Shown piece after piece: positions 30,676 through 32,000 of a stretch of DNA of 32,000 nucleotides; the first letter of the stretch is position 1; every line of letters begins with the position of its first letter. A program made the position numbers and the translations under genes. The notes under the pieces were generated by a model. The model had not been told where the DNA came from. It ran no database searches and saw nothing but the letters and a program-made list of their open reading frames with translations. Where the stretch lies: the IMG/VR virus record IMGVR_UViG_3300046542_000616. One strand, written 5' to 3'. The stretch is from a virus (lineage: Duplodnaviria; Heunggongvirae; Uroviricota; Caudoviricetes).

Positions 30676-30716
30676 GAGTATGCTATTAGCATACCATCAT
30701 TTGTGCAATTTCGCAA
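30676..30716 (-). promoter_or_regulatory. class-1 operator/promoter (variant)
   Basis: On the minus strand: TTGCGA-N17-TATGCT. Site GAGTAT-N9-ATACCA (30676-30696). Confidence 0.55.
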
Positions 30717-30773
30717 ATTGAATGGGCAGGAATCAGGGTGCTCAGCACCCCTTTGGATAGCCGAGTGCCCAGC

Positions 30774-31490
30774 CTACGGCTGAGCGCCTCGAAGGTGGCG
30801 ATCACGGCTTTGTTGAAGAAGCTCGCGGACGCTTTCGAGCGCTGCCTTATTGATCAGGCCCGGCACCTTGGCCACTTTTCCAAGCAGTCCTTCGACCTTG
30901 TCGTAGTAGCCAAGCAGCTGCTGATCAGCTGTTTCGCGTGAAAACGACGTGTCTCGCATGCATAGGCTTTCTCGCAGCGTCTCACGAGCGGCGTTCAGGA
31001 GCTCCATCATCGCCCTGGCCCAATCATGGTTAAGAATCTCGAAAGGGGCCGTGGCAATCAGTCCGTCGTCGAGCTCAAAAAGGCCGAAGTGGATTCTCAG
31101 TGAGTCAACGTGAAGGGTGTCATCCATTATGTTGTGCTTGGCATACAAATCAATGTCTTCAGCCATGAGGGTACGGATGGCGCGCAAGCGCTTTTTCCGG
31201 GCTTGCTTAAACGGTTCGAAGCCGGCCAGGAACTTATCGATCTTGGCGTCAAGCGCAGAGGTGGGAACTGAAGGCCTGTCGAGATCAGCAAAGTACATTT
31301 CGGTGATCGGGGTTTCTGGGTAGCGCGAGCCCAACGTTCCATCAGGTTTCCAGGAATACCCATTCCCTCCCACGAAAAATACGTAGCTCAACACGGAAAG
31401 CCGGCTTCCAAACACGCCAGGGCTCTCAAGGAGCCTGTTTTTTACAAGCTGATCAACAGCGTTGAGTTCTACCGTTTCGGTGCCGGACAT
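30774..31490 (-). CDS. hypothetical protein (238 aa)
   Basis: GGAG lies 6 nt upstream of the ATG at 31490 (MSGTETVEL...). Confidence 0.7.
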   Translation of the reverse strand: MSGTETVELNAVDQLVKNRLLESPGVFGSRLSVLSYVFFVGGNGYSWKPDGTLGSRYPETPITEMYFADLDRPSVPTSALDAKIDKFLAGFEPFKQARKKRLRAIRTLMAEDIDLYAKHNIMDDTLHVDSLRIHFGLFELDDGLIATAPFEILNHDWARAMMELLNAARETLRESLCMRDTSFSRETADQQLLGYYDKVEGLLGKVAKVPGLINKAALESVRELLQQSRDRHLRGAQP

Positions 31491-31505
31491 TCTGGACTCC
31501 ATGAC

Positions 31506-31685
31506 TTAAAGTGGCTTTGGCTGCCGGTCAGGGCAGTTCGACAGCAGCGGAAGACGGCCTTCGGACTTGGCTGTCTCGTATTCTTTGAACATGTCGCGAG
31601 ACCAGGCACTGATCGGCGAGCCGAAGTCGACGCATTGGCTCCAGCGGTTGGCCTGGGCAATCCAGAAGCTGTATGGGGTGGACAT
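31506..31685 (-). CDS. small hypothetical protein (59 aa)
   Basis: GGAG lies 7 nt upstream of the ATG at 31685, which sits 1 nt after the upstream stop (TGAcATG). The track extension overlaps the upstream gene. Confidence 0.45.
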   Translation of the reverse strand: MSTPYSFWIAQANRWSQCVDFGSPISAWSRDMFKEYETAKSEGRLPLLSNCPDRQPKPL

Positions 31686-31686
31686 G

Positions 31687-31959
31687 TCAGGTCTCCTTGC
31701 CGTCTGGGTAAAGCATGCCTTTGAGCGCTTCCAGCTTGGCACCGAGTTTGCCCAAGTGCAGCAGCGTTTCGTCTTTGAAGCCACGCTCAGCGCTGTTGAT
31801 AGCCAGGTCGAGAAGGGACGTGCTTTCAGTTGCCAATGCCAGCGCATCCGAACTGGCGCTACCGAGTTGCGCCAGGGCGATCATGGTGCCTTCTGGCAGT
31901 GCGTCACGCGCCGTGCACACTGCATCTGTCCAGTCCTCGCCCTTGCCTTGTTCGACCAC
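31687..31959 (-). CDS. hypothetical protein; the frame stays open to the window end, so it may be N-terminally longer
   Basis: No in-frame stop between 31960 and 32000. The GTG at 31959 is only the first visible start. Confidence 0.55.
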   Translation of the reverse strand: MVEQGKGEDWTDAVCTARDALPEGTMIALAQLGSASSDALALATESTSLLDLAINSAERGFKDETLLHLGKLGAKLEALKGMLYPDGKET

Positions 31960-32000
31960 CTGTACGGCACTGAGGTCTATGGTCGAGACAAGGTGATGCA

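Noticed and set aside
1-32000. CRISPR arrays, tRNA or rRNA genes, IS elements, transposases, integrases and conjugation (relaxase, T4SS) genes.
   Set aside because: I saw no regularly spaced direct repeats, no cloverleaf-like or rRNA-like segments, and no DDE, tyrosine- or serine-recombinase, or relaxase motifs in any frame. Absence is judged by eye only.

Overview
This window looks like an accessory or establishment region of a Pseudomonas-type mobile replicon (large plasmid, ICE or phage-plasmid). An MvaT-family silencer, a Pseudomonas-like NrdB N-terminus and GC-rich third codon positions support that placement. I call about 62 mostly small genes. They sit in short operons, often translationally coupled through ATGA overlaps, and are separated by clear rho-independent terminators. 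Only a few are recognisable by eye:
- nrdB (class Ia RNR beta subunit)
- two SSB-type OB-fold genes behind a duplicated promoter and leader
- an MvaT/H-NS-like protein
- a PapB-family regulator
- Arc/RHH-type regulators
- a gamma-class N6-adenine DNA methyltransferase with no visible restriction partner
- an HNH nuclease
- a glycine-zipper lipoprotein

The rest are ORFans. Many are strongly acidic, and several form paralogous sets: a triple tandem array, a tandem pair and a dispersed pair. The strongest non-coding signal is two families of palindromic operators built into sigma70-type promoters. One family has at least 10 copies of GGTATG-N6-AGTATACC, where the GTATAC half doubles as the -10. 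The other has 3 copies of AGGTCAG-N5-CTGACCT filling the spacer of TTGTCA-N17-TACAAT. This suggests one or two centrally repressed regulons covering a 31-gene co-directional block. I saw no CRISPR array, tRNA, rRNA, transposase or integrase. All functional calls rest on visual motif recognition and no database search was run.
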